Assembly (NCBI GenBank): GCA_964016885.1
Contig: OZ024743.1
Location: 184,574,001 to 184,638,000 of the forward strand
DNA: 64,000 nucleotides
Source: Eledone cirrhosa
Taxonomy: Eukaryota
Reading direction: 5' to 3'
Positions 13,901 through 26,806 of this stretch are shown piece by piece (the first letter of the stretch is position 1; every line of letters starts with the position of its first letter). The position numbers were made by a program, and so were the translations under genes. Below the pieces are notes generated by a model. The model searched no databases. It was not told where the DNA came from and saw nothing but the letters and a program-made list of their open reading frames with translations.

Positions 13901-16900
13901 ACTTGTGCTAGCAGAGAAGGCAGTCATTAAATAATGATGATTATATACAGACAGTCAGATAGATAGTTGATATAAAGATATTTGATTACACAGTACACAA
14001 CAACACAAGTTTGTTAAGGCTGTTTTCCATCCTAAAGATGGTGTTAGTCTTGCAGGCCCCATGTTCGACTTCATACTCATCATGGGGTCTTTTTTAAGGC
14101 AATGTTTTATGGTCAGATGCTCTTCCTGGTACCAACCCTTTTACTCGCCTCTTATAACACATAGAGACATAGTATATGTATGAAAATAGAAAGGCAGCAT
14201 GGTCTTGATTGGAACGCCCTTGTTCATAAGTCTGCTTGGCCAGGTGTGACCTGGGGAACTAAAACAACAATTCAAATAGAACATTAACCAGACTAAACTC
14301 AACCAATTATTCCTAACTTTGAGTCTAAAAAGTCTATTTGCATTACAACTCATTTGCAGAACTAACATGATAAAGCGATTTTGCAACATGGCTTCTGGGT
14401 GTTTATGTTAGTGCAGGTGCTATGATAAAATGCACCTAGTTCATTTTGTTAGGTGACAGCACTGGTGCCACAATAAATGCACCCAGTACACTTTGTGAAG
14501 TGATAGTGTTGCTGACACAATAACATGCATTCAGTACACTTTGTATGTGGCAATGTTGGCACCATGATAAAAGGCACCTAGTATACTCCATAAATTGGTT
14601 GGTGTTTGAAAGGGCATCAAGCCATAGAAACTATACCAAAAATGAAACATGTGAGCAAGACTTGGTACTATGACCTGCTTAATTTTGTACCATGCCAATC
14701 CATACCAGCATGGAAAGCATGTAAAGCAGTGATGATGATGGTGTTGCTGAATAAAAACAACAGTATAAAGTAGAAAAGTGTTGTCAAGGATATACCATCC
14801 TTTTTTAGACATGTCCCATCATTAAAGTTCCCCCAATACATTCTGTAAAGTGGTTGCTGTTAAGAAAGATGTTGAGCCATAAAAACCGTGCGAAAAAATG
14901 GAATGTACAAACGAGCTATGATTCTCTAATTCAGACTGTTTTAGCATGGGAAATAAGTATCAAATGATGGTGAGATGATGGTATTTTATTTCATATACTC
15001 AATAATTGTTTCTACTTTTGGCACAAGGCCAGCAATTACCCAGTGCATTACAGGTACTTTATTTTATCGACCCCGTAAGGATGAAAGGCAAAGTTAACCT
15101 CGGCGGGATTTGAACTCAGACCATAAAGGACCGTAACTCTATGCTGCAAAGCATGGTGTCCGACTCTCTACCGATAATGCCAAGATATAAGCATAAAATT
15201 TGTTTCACGGAGAAAGGCTAATGATTTACAAAAATATAACTCGCAAGGTCAGGAAGATTCTGATGAGACAAAGAACAAAGGTTGCAAATCATTTAACCCT
15301 TTGTTATTATATTTCTTATATTTCAAATGAAAGATACTGCTTATGATTTTCAAATCATTTTTAAAATAAGAATTTGGAATGATTTAGTAATATAACTAAC
15401 ATGCTCATTGTTAAGCTGGTGTTTGGAACGTAATTTAACAAGAAGGGTGGGAAAACAGTTTATCTGCTGTGTTTAACCCTTTAGCATTTACATTATTCAA
15501 TATATATTATTGTATTATCACAGTAAAATCTTTGTTTCACATAATTATCTCACAATATCAAATCTATGAGATTTTTATATTATTCATTTTGAGAACAATA
15601 CCTTAACATCAGTATGAGTGGCCAGTTTGAACAGAATGATGTGAGAATTCTGGCCGGTTTAAATGCTAAAGGGTTAAACTGGCAATATCATCCTTTTTAT
15701 AACTAAAATATATGTCTCAGTTATGTCCATTTTCTGTTTTATTGAATAAATTTCTATCTGCTAATGTTGGAATTTTTAACAATCTTTTTAATCTTTTAAA
15801 AATTCTTCTTTCTTTTAAGCCAAAAAGTGCTATGTATGGAACACACATTTTTCTAACTGTAAGCTGTATTTTGGGCCTTCTCTTCACGTTTGCTGCCTTC
15901 ATACAATATGCAAATCAAATTTTCTTCGGAGAGCTGCAGTTATTTCAACGATGGATGCACATGTTTTGCCCTTGTTGTCTTCAGTTATTTGATAAGGTAA
16001 AGGTTTTACAGTTTCTCTCTTGTTAACTTAGAATTTCAGAATGATCTCGTAATATTATGTACTTACCTTAATACTTACTCTTTACAATAGAACAGGTATC
16101 AGGATAAATTAGTTCTTGCTTTCATTCAGTTATTTAAAAATGTACATTTAAAAAAAAATAATATAACCTATTAAATAAGTGCACTCTAGTTTTCTGTTAA
16201 GTAATATATAGTGTAATTCTAACCCTTTCTACTATGGTATGTATTTCAGGGTTTGTTAAAACCACAATCTAACAAATGCTGCGAGGTTTTTGTTTACTAT
16301 CTCCCTAACAAAGAGGCAAATTTCAGTTCATTGAGAATTTTTTTAGCATGATAAATGCACCTAGTACATGCTGTAAAATGGTTGGTGATAGGAAGGGCAT
16401 CTAGCTGTAGAAAGGTTGCCAAACAAATGATTGGGAAGACCTTCAGTTTGTGTCAAAAGACATGACAACTTTTTTTCTGTACTCGATAGAACTTATGACC
16501 ATATGTAAGCAGGATGCAGATCCCTTGGCCTGTCTGGGAGATCGGTTGCCCTGCTTCAGTATCGAATTGGTCTATGACATCATTCAGTCCATTACCACCA
16601 GCCTGAGTTATATAAAGTTGTAAATAACCATGACAAAAAAGAAGGGAAATGTAGACTCTTCCAACAGCAATGCAAGCATCCTTTCTAGGACAGCAGTAAC
16701 TCTAAATATGTACTGCCAAACACAACTTCTCTAGTGCCAATGACAAAAAAGTACCTCTTGTCCCTATAACATACACAACAATGTTGACTGGCTTTTTGGT
16801 CAATCTTTAAATTTCAATTGGCAGTGTTATTAGGCTGTCAGATTAAATGCCTCAGTATTTGTTTTGACTCTGTGTTCTCTCCAAGATTAACTATGCCTTT

Positions 16901-17277
16901 CATCCTTTTGGTTTCCAGGGATGGGGGATTGGTGACATTGTTAAAAAATCAGATAGGATGCTTTGCATTGAGTTCAAATCCTGCCTCCTTCTGCCAGGTG
17001 TTATGACCAGCAGATAGTATCAGTAATGGGAAGACCAATAGAAACATTGCTTCTTTGCACTGATCTCATAATCAATTTCTTTCTTTTCTTTAATTACCAG
17101 TATGATTTCTCCTTTTGTTTTGCTTGACTATAAGTCTCTATCATGGAGAGATATTATTCTGACATTTTGAGATTGTTGTTTTATTCATATTTTCTTTTTA
17201 CCTTTCAGAATTCCAAGTATTTTGACATGAGACTCAATCCGGAAGAGGCAAATGATCCAGAGTTAAAACATCTGTGA
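253..17277 (+). CDS. MS4A/CD20-like four-transmembrane protein, 6 coding exons (~244 aa)
   Basis: Phase-compatible GT-AG exons: 253-469 (MESFQY...VIGITQITLGVITSLI), 7131-7234 (GIAEVVVIPL...CYGIGIIAGLL), 12542-12598 (LVITGSTAIRASISQRLTT), 13179-13289 (VSRFLNLTILTLILYALFTVLLIVG...), 15820-15996 (PKSAMYGTHIFLTVSCILGLLFTFAAF...), 17209-17277 (NSKYF...LKHL*). Four hydrophobic segments with MS4A-like 'G.TQI.LG' and 'ITGS' motifs. Acceptor at 220 implies an upstream exon outside the window. Confidence 0.78.
532..771. mobile_element. piggyBac-like MITE
   Basis: TTAA|CCCTTT...AAAGGG|TTAA termini; related copies at 18095-18361, 19699-19946 and degenerate ones near 7650-8130, 18990-19260, 21580-21860 and 35660-35820. 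Confidence 0.7.
1290..1600 (+). repeat. ~39-bp tandem array from the RTE/SINE 3' module
   Basis: About 8 diverged units of ggtgacacgacaaaaagcacccagtccaccctgtaaggtggtc, flanked by RTE C-terminal fragments. Confidence 0.7.
2180..2461 (+). mobile_element. 5'-truncated RTE 3' end / SINE-like tail
   Basis: Nearly identical to 5240-5514 (aggaagggcatccagctgtagaaa...acccatgctagcgtggaa...(GAT)n). Confidence 0.75.
3952..5514 (+). mobile_element. 5'-truncated RTE-clade LINE (RT C-terminal half, open frame 3976-5220)
   Basis: FVDLEKAFD, GVHQGSVLSPLLF, LLYADD, PHD-like Cys cluster, RRLRWYG; (GAT)n tail. Confidence 0.92.
5700..6015 (+). repeat. ~92-bp minisatellite, ~3.4 units
   Basis: Repeated cacacc(a/c)ctccctactgtcttaaatttagaaaacacatatc...ctagaaacagcagctaactctccccca. 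Confidence 0.85.
8307..12210 (+). mobile_element. Near full-length but defective RTE-clade LINE (APE endonuclease + RT), inserted into a tRNA-SINE
   Basis: APE motifs (GTMNVGTL, CIQETRW, AGDLNGH, SQIDYIL), RT motifs (NYRGIKL, QGSVLSP, YADD); several frameshifts and stops; (GAT)n tail. A SINE head at ~8255-8306 resumes at ~12211-12320. Confidence 0.92.
15003..15185 (-). mobile_element. tRNA-derived SINE
   Basis: B-box-like gagttcaaatccc, core gttaactttgcctttcatcc and gtagaaacaattatt tail on the - strand; same family at 25500-25620, 38215-38405, 43087-43183, 52447-52607 and 58021-58224. Confidence 0.8.
15477..15673. mobile_element. piggyBac-like MITE (second family)
   Basis: TTAA|CCCTTTAGCATTTA...TAAATGCTAAAGGG|TTAA, 14-bp TIR. 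Confidence 0.8.
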
Positions 17278-18094
17278 TTAAAGATGTTTTTTTTTTTTTC
17301 AAGAATAAATATATGTATGTGTGTGTAGATGTGTGCAAGTGTGGGGTGTGTGCATGTATGTGCATATATTTATATGTATATGTCCATATATATATATATT
17401 ATCTATGTATATATTATCTATATACATACCTATATATATATATAGTGGTAAAAAACAAGGAGGTTATATCCAAAGTTGGTAGAGCACTCGGTCCAAAGGA
17501 TGAGTTCGGTGTAGAATTAGTTCCAAAACAAATTAACAAACCATACTTGAGAACACACGTTTCGCTCAAAGGAGTCTTCCCACACACAAGTTGAAGAATC
17601 CTTCTAATCAAATGTGTGTTCTCAAGTATGGTTTGTTAATTTTTTGTGGAACTAACTATATATATATATATGTATGTGTATATGTTATATATTCATTTAA
17701 TGAAAACTTCTTGTTTATTCCCATATGAAAATAATCCAAAAACTATTTTAGTAAAGATTAATTATTGTTGATGCATTTATCGATTTGTCACAAAAAACTA
17801 TATTTCTGTACTATATTTCAGCTTTCATATATCACCTTATATAACATCGCTCAACTAAAATACCAATATTTAGATCTTTCCTCTTCTATTTTCGATGCAA
17901 TTATAAAACAACTCTTGGCAGTTTTTGCTCTCTCTTTTTTTTTTTTTTTTTTTTTTTTGCTTTGCACCCTTTCATTTTTGTTTTATTTAACTAAACATTT
18001 TTGTAGTGTGTAGCTGATTGAATTATTTTATATTTGAAGCATGAAATGGAGAAGTGAATATCTTTATTGAATTGTGACAGTTAACAAACTTTAA

Positions 18095-18361
18095 CCCTTT
18101 TGTTGTTACCATATTTCTAATGAAAGACACTACCTATGATTTTGAAAATAATCAAGAATTTAGAGGGATTTAGTAATATAACTAACTTTTTCATTTTAAG
18201 TTGATGTTCAGAGCATAACTTAACAAAAGATTCTTACATGAAATTAAGATGGATTACATGAAATTAAGATGGATGTTTTTTAGGTTACTATCAACACTTT
18301 AAAATAAACTGCTTTATATCATAGAACTAAAGCAGATTTAGATGGTTTGGTATCGAAAGGG
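18095..18361. mobile_element. piggyBac-like MITE
   Basis: TTAA-flanked CCCTTT/AAAGGG ends; reverse-oriented relative of 532-771. Confidence 0.72.
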
Positions 18362-19698
18362 TTAACTAGGTCACATAATTTTTTCAAGCATCAGTTCATT
18401 TATCTGTTGAATATAGTTGACATATTTTCTGGAGATTTTACCCCTGACAGAGACTTGAACACTATATAATCAAAGCTAAGTACCTCTCCATTGCAATATG
18501 CCTGTAGCTCTTGGAAGCTATTATATTTCTTGTAGAATTTCTGATTTATAATTTCCATAAATTTGTGATTTTTATCATTTCCATGTTTGTTGTAAAGTTT
18601 GTCAAAAAGAAAAAAGAAAGAAACAACAGCAATATATAAACCAACGGACAAAAAACAGTTCTTTCAAAATGAGTGATTGTCAAAAAATATATCTACAGTA
18701 TTTTTTATCCATCTATTTTTACTTGCAATATAACTTTTACCTTATGGATGATCACATAGCAGTTGCGATCATCTACTAGGTGAAATATGTATTGTAAGTA
18801 ACTGTCACTTAATGATATACAATACATTATCTCACTCTACTCTATGGTTAGAGAGAGGTGTTAACAGATAATTTTTGCAACATGTAAAACATACACCAGT
18901 ATATGTCTTAGAACAACTACTTCATATATATATATATATATATATAAATAATTATATATATGAGATTCCATACGTTTTCAGTAATAAAATGGAAGGCAAC
19001 ATATTCTCTAACTTTTGTTACTATATTCCTATTGAAATACTCAGTTTGAATTGATAAAACAGCTGGAAAGATTTACTAAAACTGCTAATTACCATATCTT
19101 ATTATTAAAATGTTATTTGAAGTATAACTTAACAAACAGTTCTTATATCAAATTATGTTGAAACATTTTAATTTTAATAGGGACCCTTTAAAATGGGTGG
19201 TTTTCTTCCATTGAACCAAAGGAGGTTTGGAGTTGATTGGTTGGTATCAAAAGAGTTAAACTGTCTTTTCCTATATTCATGTAATTTCAACATTCTATGC
19301 ATCAGCTCATTTATTAATTAGTTATTGTTAGCCTGAAAAAATATACTTGTACCTGTTTACTTTTATGCAAACATTTTTCTCTCTATTTAAAGATATTTTT
19401 AACTTTCACATATAACTCATATCAGGTACTAGATTGGGTAACACATTGTGTCCTTGACGAGGCACTTCATTTCATGTTGTTCCAGTTCAGTCAGCTGAAA
19501 GGTTGGCAAACAAAGGTTCACAATTATTTAATTGCATTGAAATATTCATGGAACAGCTTCTCCTTCAGCCATTTAAAAAGGGAAAATAAGCTTTTATAAC
19601 ATTTTTTTATTGAACATGACCAAATAGGATTTTTAGGATACACAGTAGGGATGGAACTAAGAACGAGGGAAGTCAACACTGTAGCAGAGATGGATTAA

Positions 19699-19946
19699 CC
19701 CTTTCATTACCATATTTCTAATGAAAAACACTGCTTATGATTTTCAAATAATTTAGAAATTAATCAAAAGTTTGGAAAGATTTAGTAATATAACTAACTT
19801 TCTCATTATGAAGCTGGTGTATGCAGCATAACTTGACACAAAGGTTCTTACATAAAATTATGATGGAAAGTTTTTAGATAAATAGGAATACTTTCAAACA
19901 AACAGTAATGTATCACAGAACCAGAGATGGTTTGATATGAAAAGGG
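19699..19946. mobile_element. piggyBac-like MITE
   Basis: TTAA-flanked CCCTTT/AAAGGG ends; same family as 18095-18361. Confidence 0.72.
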
Positions 19947-22569
19947 TTAAATAATCCTTAAAACAAACTAAATGCTTGATGCATGATTAACAACCACCCT
20001 TATGTCTTAGTAAATACAAGGTAAAAGTATAGTACAAGGTACTATACTTTAGCTTGATGATTCCAAAATTAAATATATGCAATTACCATTCTTTGTAACT
20101 TTGTTTTTCAGTTACTTAATTATTCAGAACTATATTCCCTCATAGATATAGACTGTCTTTCAAATTGCTTATGGCAGATAGATTTTCAGTCATTCATTTA
20201 TATTGCCATGTGCTGCAACCAGCAGATAGTATCAGCAATATAAATACTAATGGAAACTTTGTTTTCTTGGTCCGATCTGATGATCAGCTTCTTTCTTTTG
20301 TTTTTCTTTTTTTCTATTGTATCGAAAGTATTCTACATATGTATATACTGCTTGGTAGTGCAGTTTTCTATATGTTATTTATAAATTCTTGGGTTTAGAT
20401 TAAATATTTTTCTCTGTGTGTGTTTTTTATTATCCCCAAAGAAACATTGTTTTCTTGGTCTGATCTGACTATCAACTCCTTTCCTTTTCTTTTCCTTAGG
20501 ATTTAACTATGTAAGTAGATGTAATGATTATGTAATGATTGCAGAATGATACCACTAATAATATATTCAGGCTTCAGTTCATTGCCAAATGGAAATCTAT
20601 ATCAGCTTTTGGCCAAGATTTTATCTATATTACACTCCCTCTTGAAAACATTTATTTATTTTGGTTTAGTCAAGGGGCATGGACAGTGCTTATGATATTT
20701 TCTGACCTATGAGAATGGTAATGTTGATACAGATAATATTGTGCTGGAATATCTGGAAATGAATGTCTGCATGAAAAAATGTAGATGGGGAGAAAATTCC
20801 AGAGGGCTGATGCTCAGGGAAGTAATAGTGCTTAGTTGTAAGCCCTAGGAGTAGGGATGAATTTGAATATAGTGGATAAGAAGGAAGAAAACAGGTATTA
20901 GGTGTGCCTGCTTGAAGGTGATATTCAGTGAGCAATGTCAGAGGATCAGCAGTTACAATAGTACAGGGGTGGGGAAACTTTTCAATCTGAAGAACTATTT
21001 TTAGCTTAAAAAATAAATAACACTACCAAAGCCACAGTTTATTATAAACAAATATATATGCCAGAAAACACGAATTTAGCAAATTCTTTTCTCACTCAAT
21101 GTGATTTTTGGCTTTGGATCCTTTCTGAAATTGCTTCAATGCCTGGGTCATAGTAATAATGATAATGAATTTTTTAAAAATATGTGAAAGTCCCCAAAGA
21201 GCCACCCGAGATGGACTAAAGAGGTGCATGTGACACTGGAAACAAGTTCCTTATTCCTACAATACTAAACAGAATGAGCAGAAAGAGTAAACAAACAGCA
21301 CAAGGTGAAAAGTTAAGATGTGAAGAGATCAAATTTCATTATTATATGTTGAAAATAGCAAATAAATATTAGCTATTTAAGAAATTTATACATCAAATTT
21401 ATTTATTGTCTATAAAAAAAACGTTTATACAAGTTGGCCTGTTGGTGTTTTGAAATTGATCTTAGAGAAAGAGAAAAATATGTAAAGTCTAGAACTGTTA
21501 TGAGTGAAAAATATATGACTTGATTAAATTTGTATATAATTACAATAAACATGAAACACATAATCAAAATTATATGTAACCATATTTCTAATGAAATGTG
21601 CCAATGTGTTTCAATTAATTTTTTTCATGATAAAAATATTAGAGTAATTAGTAATAGTAACTAACTTTTTAATTGGAACATTGATTAACAAAATGTTCTG
21701 ATATAATTATGATGGAAGGTTTTAATATAAGTATGGACATTTTAATTGGAGCATTGCTTAACAAAATGTTCTGATATAATTATGATGGAAGGTTTTAATA
21801 TAAGTATTAACATTTCAAATGAGGCAATTTTGTATGATAGAGTCAGAGGCAGTTTCAGACAGGTTGTTTAAATGTCTTTGTCTAAGCATTGCTTGGCAGT
21901 GATGTATTCAAATGTTGCTTTCAATCAACAAATCTCCAAGTTCATAATTGTTTTGTTGTTGTTGTTGTTTTAAATATGTATATACAATAATGATAATAAA
22001 CAAGTTTCATTTCCATTCTGTATAATTGTAATTTTTTCGTTTTTTTTTTCTTTTATCTAAAATCATAAACATTTTAGAGTTGTATTTTTGTTTGACAGGT
22101 GAGAGAGAGACACACACCTATATATATATACTTGTTAGCATGGAAAATGGCTGTTAAATGACGATGATGATATATAAGTACAAAGTTCAAAAGATCAGAA
22201 TCCAGAAATATTGTAATTCAAACTGTAAAATTTATTTTTCAATATTGTGAATCATATAGCTGGAACATATTTGTGTATATATATGCATATATATATATAT
22301 ATTTATATATAAGTGTGAATGTGTATGTTCTTGTGTACACTAGTATATTTGTATGCATGTATATATACTTATTCCTATATGCGCATATGTGAATTTTTAC
22401 ATGGGTATATGCATATCTGCATATTGGTCAGTACAAATGTGGTGTTGAGTCAGCAATGGCACAAGGAAGTGTGTATCTTGGTGGTGCCAGTAGAATCCAG
22501 TAACATCAAGTATGTGATCTTGGGGAAAATGAGTATTTAGTGTTGCTGGCTTGCTGAATGTTCAATTGA

Positions 22570-22960
22570 TGTATTTGATGACCATACACGCCCCAACACA
22601 TAACAATCTATAATTGCCGAAACCATACTATCACTCTAAGGCTGTTGTCTACAGAATCGCTCTCACACCACGAAATGGTTTCCAGAGAAACTATACAGGT
22701 CTGACAGCAAATGAGCTCAAGCATACATTTACCCATCATGCACACACATTAGATATAATATCAAGGAGAACTCAACTTCTCTGTCCCATTTTTATATGGT
22801 GGCACCAAGGTTAAAGGCACAGCATCCCTAGCATCAAATGGAACATTCTGGATAGAGCTCACCCATACTGCTCCAGGGGCTACAACTTTCAATTCTGCTT
22901 GTGTAAGAAATTGCATATAGTTCAACAGGAAAACTGACTCGATGTTTTGCTGCCCGTAGA
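22570..22960 (+). mobile_element. Degenerate Penelope-like element, GIY-YIG endonuclease remnant
   Basis: Broken frames read AVVYRI...RNYTGLTANELK and IKWNILDRAHPY...FQFCLCKK, resembling the PLE GIY-YIG C-terminus. Confidence 0.6.
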
Positions 22961-24528
22961 AGTCCCCTGTTTACCAACTTTCAACTGCTGGCCCTGGACA
23001 TCCCACAAAGACCACCTTAGTTGCACCTGATTCGTGTGTAGGTGTGGGGCAGACAACTCAAATTAACACACACCATGAAGTTTGGTAAGATGACAAACCT
23101 AGATTTTGACATTTCTTGCTCTGACCACACTAAGAAAATTACAGATCCTGCATTTTCCACTACAGAGTCCACATTCACCCACACCAAATCATATGATAGG
23201 TCATAATAACATACAACCCTCTCCACTGCTTTGGATATTTCCATAACACTGCTATACAGCAAAGATTTATTTACTGATCACAGGAAATTATTATATAGTC
23301 AATTTACTTCTACAAATTTGTATAAAACTGATCCTTTAAGGTTCAGTAATGCACCGCTCTGGGGTTGGCACCCTAGAAGGCTATCTAGATGGCCTTAATG
23401 AGAGCACCAGCCCTGACCTATCTACACAAGGGTTTTTCAAACTGCAGGTCTCAAAATAAATAAAATGAGTTGTGACGTTAAGAAAAAATCTACAAAAAAA
23501 AAAAGTTACTATACAGAAATTGGGTCACAGTGCAAAATGCAGTTTTTACTCTGGATCACAGGAAAAAAAAACTTTTAAAAAATTGATATACACCCTATTA
23601 CAATTATACATACTCCTCCTCTTCTAACACACACTACTACATGTAAATGTATTGCATTTTTTATTTTATTTCTGACAAAAGGTCAGTTCGGAAATGTCAA
23701 TATCTTCTTCCCATGTCCTACAAACTTTCCAAACTTATGGCCGTCATTTTCTCTCCCTCTCTCTCTCTGATTTATATATATATGTACAAAATGCTATGTG
23801 TTTCTCTAATGATATATGGCTATATAAATATATTTTTAATTTTAATTATTGATGCTCTGGACAAACGTCCATTGAGCTTTTTTGCTGAGAAACATATTTA
23901 TCATACATTCTATATATGTTATAATACCCTAACTTGGTATATATCTGCTCCAAATTCTTAATTTGTTGAGCTGCTTGTGGTGTGATTGGTACATCGCACC
24001 TCTTTCTAGTGGATGTGACATTCAGTCCTATTCATATCTGTCGTCATTGTTAAAAATTAATCCACACCACGAGGTATGGATGACTACTTATCAGAACATT
24101 ACAAATATAAAGGTATTTTATTGGAACTTATAATAAGACGATTTACTCTGACAATTAGTTCAACATCTTCCAAAGCTATACCAAAATCGATAGTTTCTAA
24201 TCAACTATCATTTGCTTAGATCGATTTTCACTCCTGTTCTACGAACAGTGGCCATAAGGAAAATAATAACTTTTCCTCCTTAAAGTATATACTCTTTCTT
24301 AAATATTATATGCTTTTAATATATATGTATAAAATACTCTTTCTCTAATGATATATGGCTGTATACATATTTTTTAATTTGAATTATATATAGCGTGGAA
24401 ATATGGACATAAAAGGTGATGATATATATGTGTGTGTGTGTGTGTGTCATCATCATCATTTAACGTCTATCTTCCATGCTTGCATGTTATGAGTCTAATT
24501 AGGTCAGTCTTGCTCATATTTTATAAGC

Positions 24529-24830
24529 CAGGGGTATGCAACATATTCCATTGGCGGGCCACTTTTGAACATTGGAACAACTATTAGGGCCGTTAATATC
24601 TATTAAGCACTATTCCAAAGATTCACCACAACTTCTTTCCATAACATGGAACTGGGATATTATAACACACATAACCCTATCAGTATAGGTCAACTAACAT
24701 TTTACAGTTATGTCAACTAACATATTACTGTTATGAAAAAAATTTTAAATAAGCCTACAAGGTAAAAATTACAAACGGTCATTGTGGGCCACTCTGACTG
24801 GTCTGGCGGGCCATCTGTTGCATGCCCCTG
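24529..24830. mobile_element. hAT-type MITE
   Basis: TIRs CAGGGGTATGCAAC / GTTGCATGCCCCTG and a perfect 8-bp TSD TTATAAGC (24521-24528, 24831-24838). Confidence 0.88.
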
Positions 24831-24959
24831 TTATAAGCTATTTATAGCAACAAACTGTACTTACAGTCATTTTCTTGTATATATATATGTGTGTGTGTGT
24901 ATAACTAACTTTATGTACATTTATTTTGGGTGTGGGAAGGGAGATAAATAAATGAATAG

Positions 24960-25405
24960 ACAAATGGGAGATCAGTAACATATTCTCTCCTCCTTGCGAG
25001 GATGTACCTCTCTGAAAAGAGAACCCTAGACGCATTCCTGATAGCAAACATGGAGGACTTCTTATTACGAAGTCGGTGGATGGTCTGCCAGAACACTTTA
25101 TTTATTGATCTGAAGTCAGATTCCAGCTTAACTGCAAAGTCCTCCCATGTCTTAAATTAGGATGCCTTTACTGTTTCTGCTGTGACTTATTGTCCCTGCT
25201 TGTACTGCAAGTGCAAGCAGGAGGATTTATTTCCAAGCCACGCTTTGTAGGCCTTCTTTGCTCGGATGGCATCTTTGACTGCTTGATTAAACCAAGAGGG
25301 TCCTCCTGCCATTTGGCGCTACATCAAGCTGCTTTTGCCTGCAGCATTTAATAGCTGGAGCAGAAACTGCTGAACAGAGCAGTCTCTACTCCACTTCAAC
25401 GTCCT
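24960..25405 (-). mobile_element. Fragment of a second RTE-like LINE family
   Basis: Homologous to 42900-43060 and 56575-56830 (WEDF...LESDF...NKVFWQTI). Confidence 0.65.
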
Positions 25406-25774
25406 CATATATAATAATAATAATAATAATAATGAAATTATTGTGTACAGTGCTCAGGTGCACTACAACTCATCAAAGGTGCATGTTTAGTACATAGAAT
25501 AATTGTTTCTACTTTTGGCACAAGGCCAGCAATTATCCCAGTGTATTACTGGTACTTTATTTTATCGACCCCGTAAGGATGAAAGGGAAAGTTAACCTCG
25601 GCGGAATTTGAACTCAGACTATTTAATAGTGTAGCTTAGGTCTAAACGGATAATTTAAAAACGGTAAACTATTTTCGTGTGACACCGTAAAGACCACCGT
25701 TAATACAATATTTACTTCAGTCTCCATTGTTTTGTTCGATGCCTTCTTTGCACAAATTATTTCCCGATTCAGAC

Positions 25775-26806
25775 ATGCATGAACGTGATTTAGCTGCTCG
25801 CCAACAAATGTACACAAGTATTTATGCAATAGTGTTCTCACCTTGTGGAAAATACTTAGCTGCCGGCAACAATTATGGATATTGTGCTATATTCAGTTTA
25901 CCAAGTTCCTTATCTCCTGAAGCCACTGAAAACTCATGGAAGCCGTTATTTACATTCAAGGCTTCAGATGACGGTCCTATATGTTCCATGACTTCGACTA
26001 ATAGAGAATTAATTTGTGGATGTAGTGGCTACATAAAGGCATGGCTTTGGAGTGATATTATTAAACGAACAAACAAACTGGCCTGGGCTTTGATTATACC
26101 CACGAAAAGTTTCTCTGTTTCTGAGATTAATTCAATGGTTACCGACACCAAGAACGGAGAAAAGAACTTGTTTGCAGGGTGTGGTGACAACCTTATATAC
26201 ATATATGATTTAGAATCTGGTTCATTGAAGTCAACGTTGTCTGGACACAAGGATTATATACATTGTGTGACATTGTGTAACTCGCGTCAAGAATGTGTAT
26301 CTGCTGCTGAAGATGGCACCGTTAGAATATGGGACTCCAGATCCTCTAATGAATCCATTTACATGCTAGAACCATACAAGAATGAGATGTGTGCTCGGCC
26401 TGAATTTGGTAAATGGCTAGGATGTGTTGCTATGGATACAGGAGATGATTGGCTGGTGTGCGGAGGAGGACCCAAACTGTCACTGTGGCACATGAGGTCT
26501 TTATCAGCTACCACATCTTTTGATACTCCCAAGAGCTGTCAGAAACATGCTTTGATTCACCAAGACACAATTCTGTCAGCTGGTAGTGAGCCCAGCGTCT
26601 TCCATTGGTCCTTAAACGGGGAGTTAAAAGCTAAAATTCCATGCACCCCAACATGTGTTTTCAAAGTGGACGTGAATACTAATTCAAAAAGTAATAAGGT
26701 ACTGTGTGTTGCAGGCAACAGTTCCAAACTTGATGTCTCTACCAATTTCCGCTATAAGGCCTTTTCATTGACCTTTCAGTCATCTGGAAATGTTTTCACC
26801 AAATGA
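25775..26806 (+). CDS. THOC6: THO complex subunit 6 homolog (WD40 repeat), single coding exon
   Basis: Uninterrupted ORF with FSPCGKYLAAGNNYG, DGPICSM, EINSM, GHKDYIH, EDGTVRIWD, GKWLGCVA, DWLVCGGGPKLSLWH, matching the THOC6 family; first ATG at 25775. Confidence 0.93.
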   Translation: MHERDLAARQQMYTSIYAIVFSPCGKYLAAGNNYGYCAIFSLPSSLSPEATENSWKPLFTFKASDDGPICSMTSTNRELICGCSGYIKAWLWSDIIKRTNKLAWALIIPTKSFSVSEINSMVTDTKNGEKNLFAGCGDNLIYIYDLESGSLKSTLSGHKDYIHCVTLCNSRQECVSAAEDGTVRIWDSRSSNESIYMLEPYKNEMCARPEFGKWLGCVAMDTGDDWLVCGGGPKLSLWHMRSLSATTSFDTPKSCQKHALIHQDTILSAGSEPSVFHWSLNGELKAKIPCTPTCVFKVDVNTNSKSNKVLCVAGNSSKLDVSTNFRYKAFSLTFQSSGNVFTK

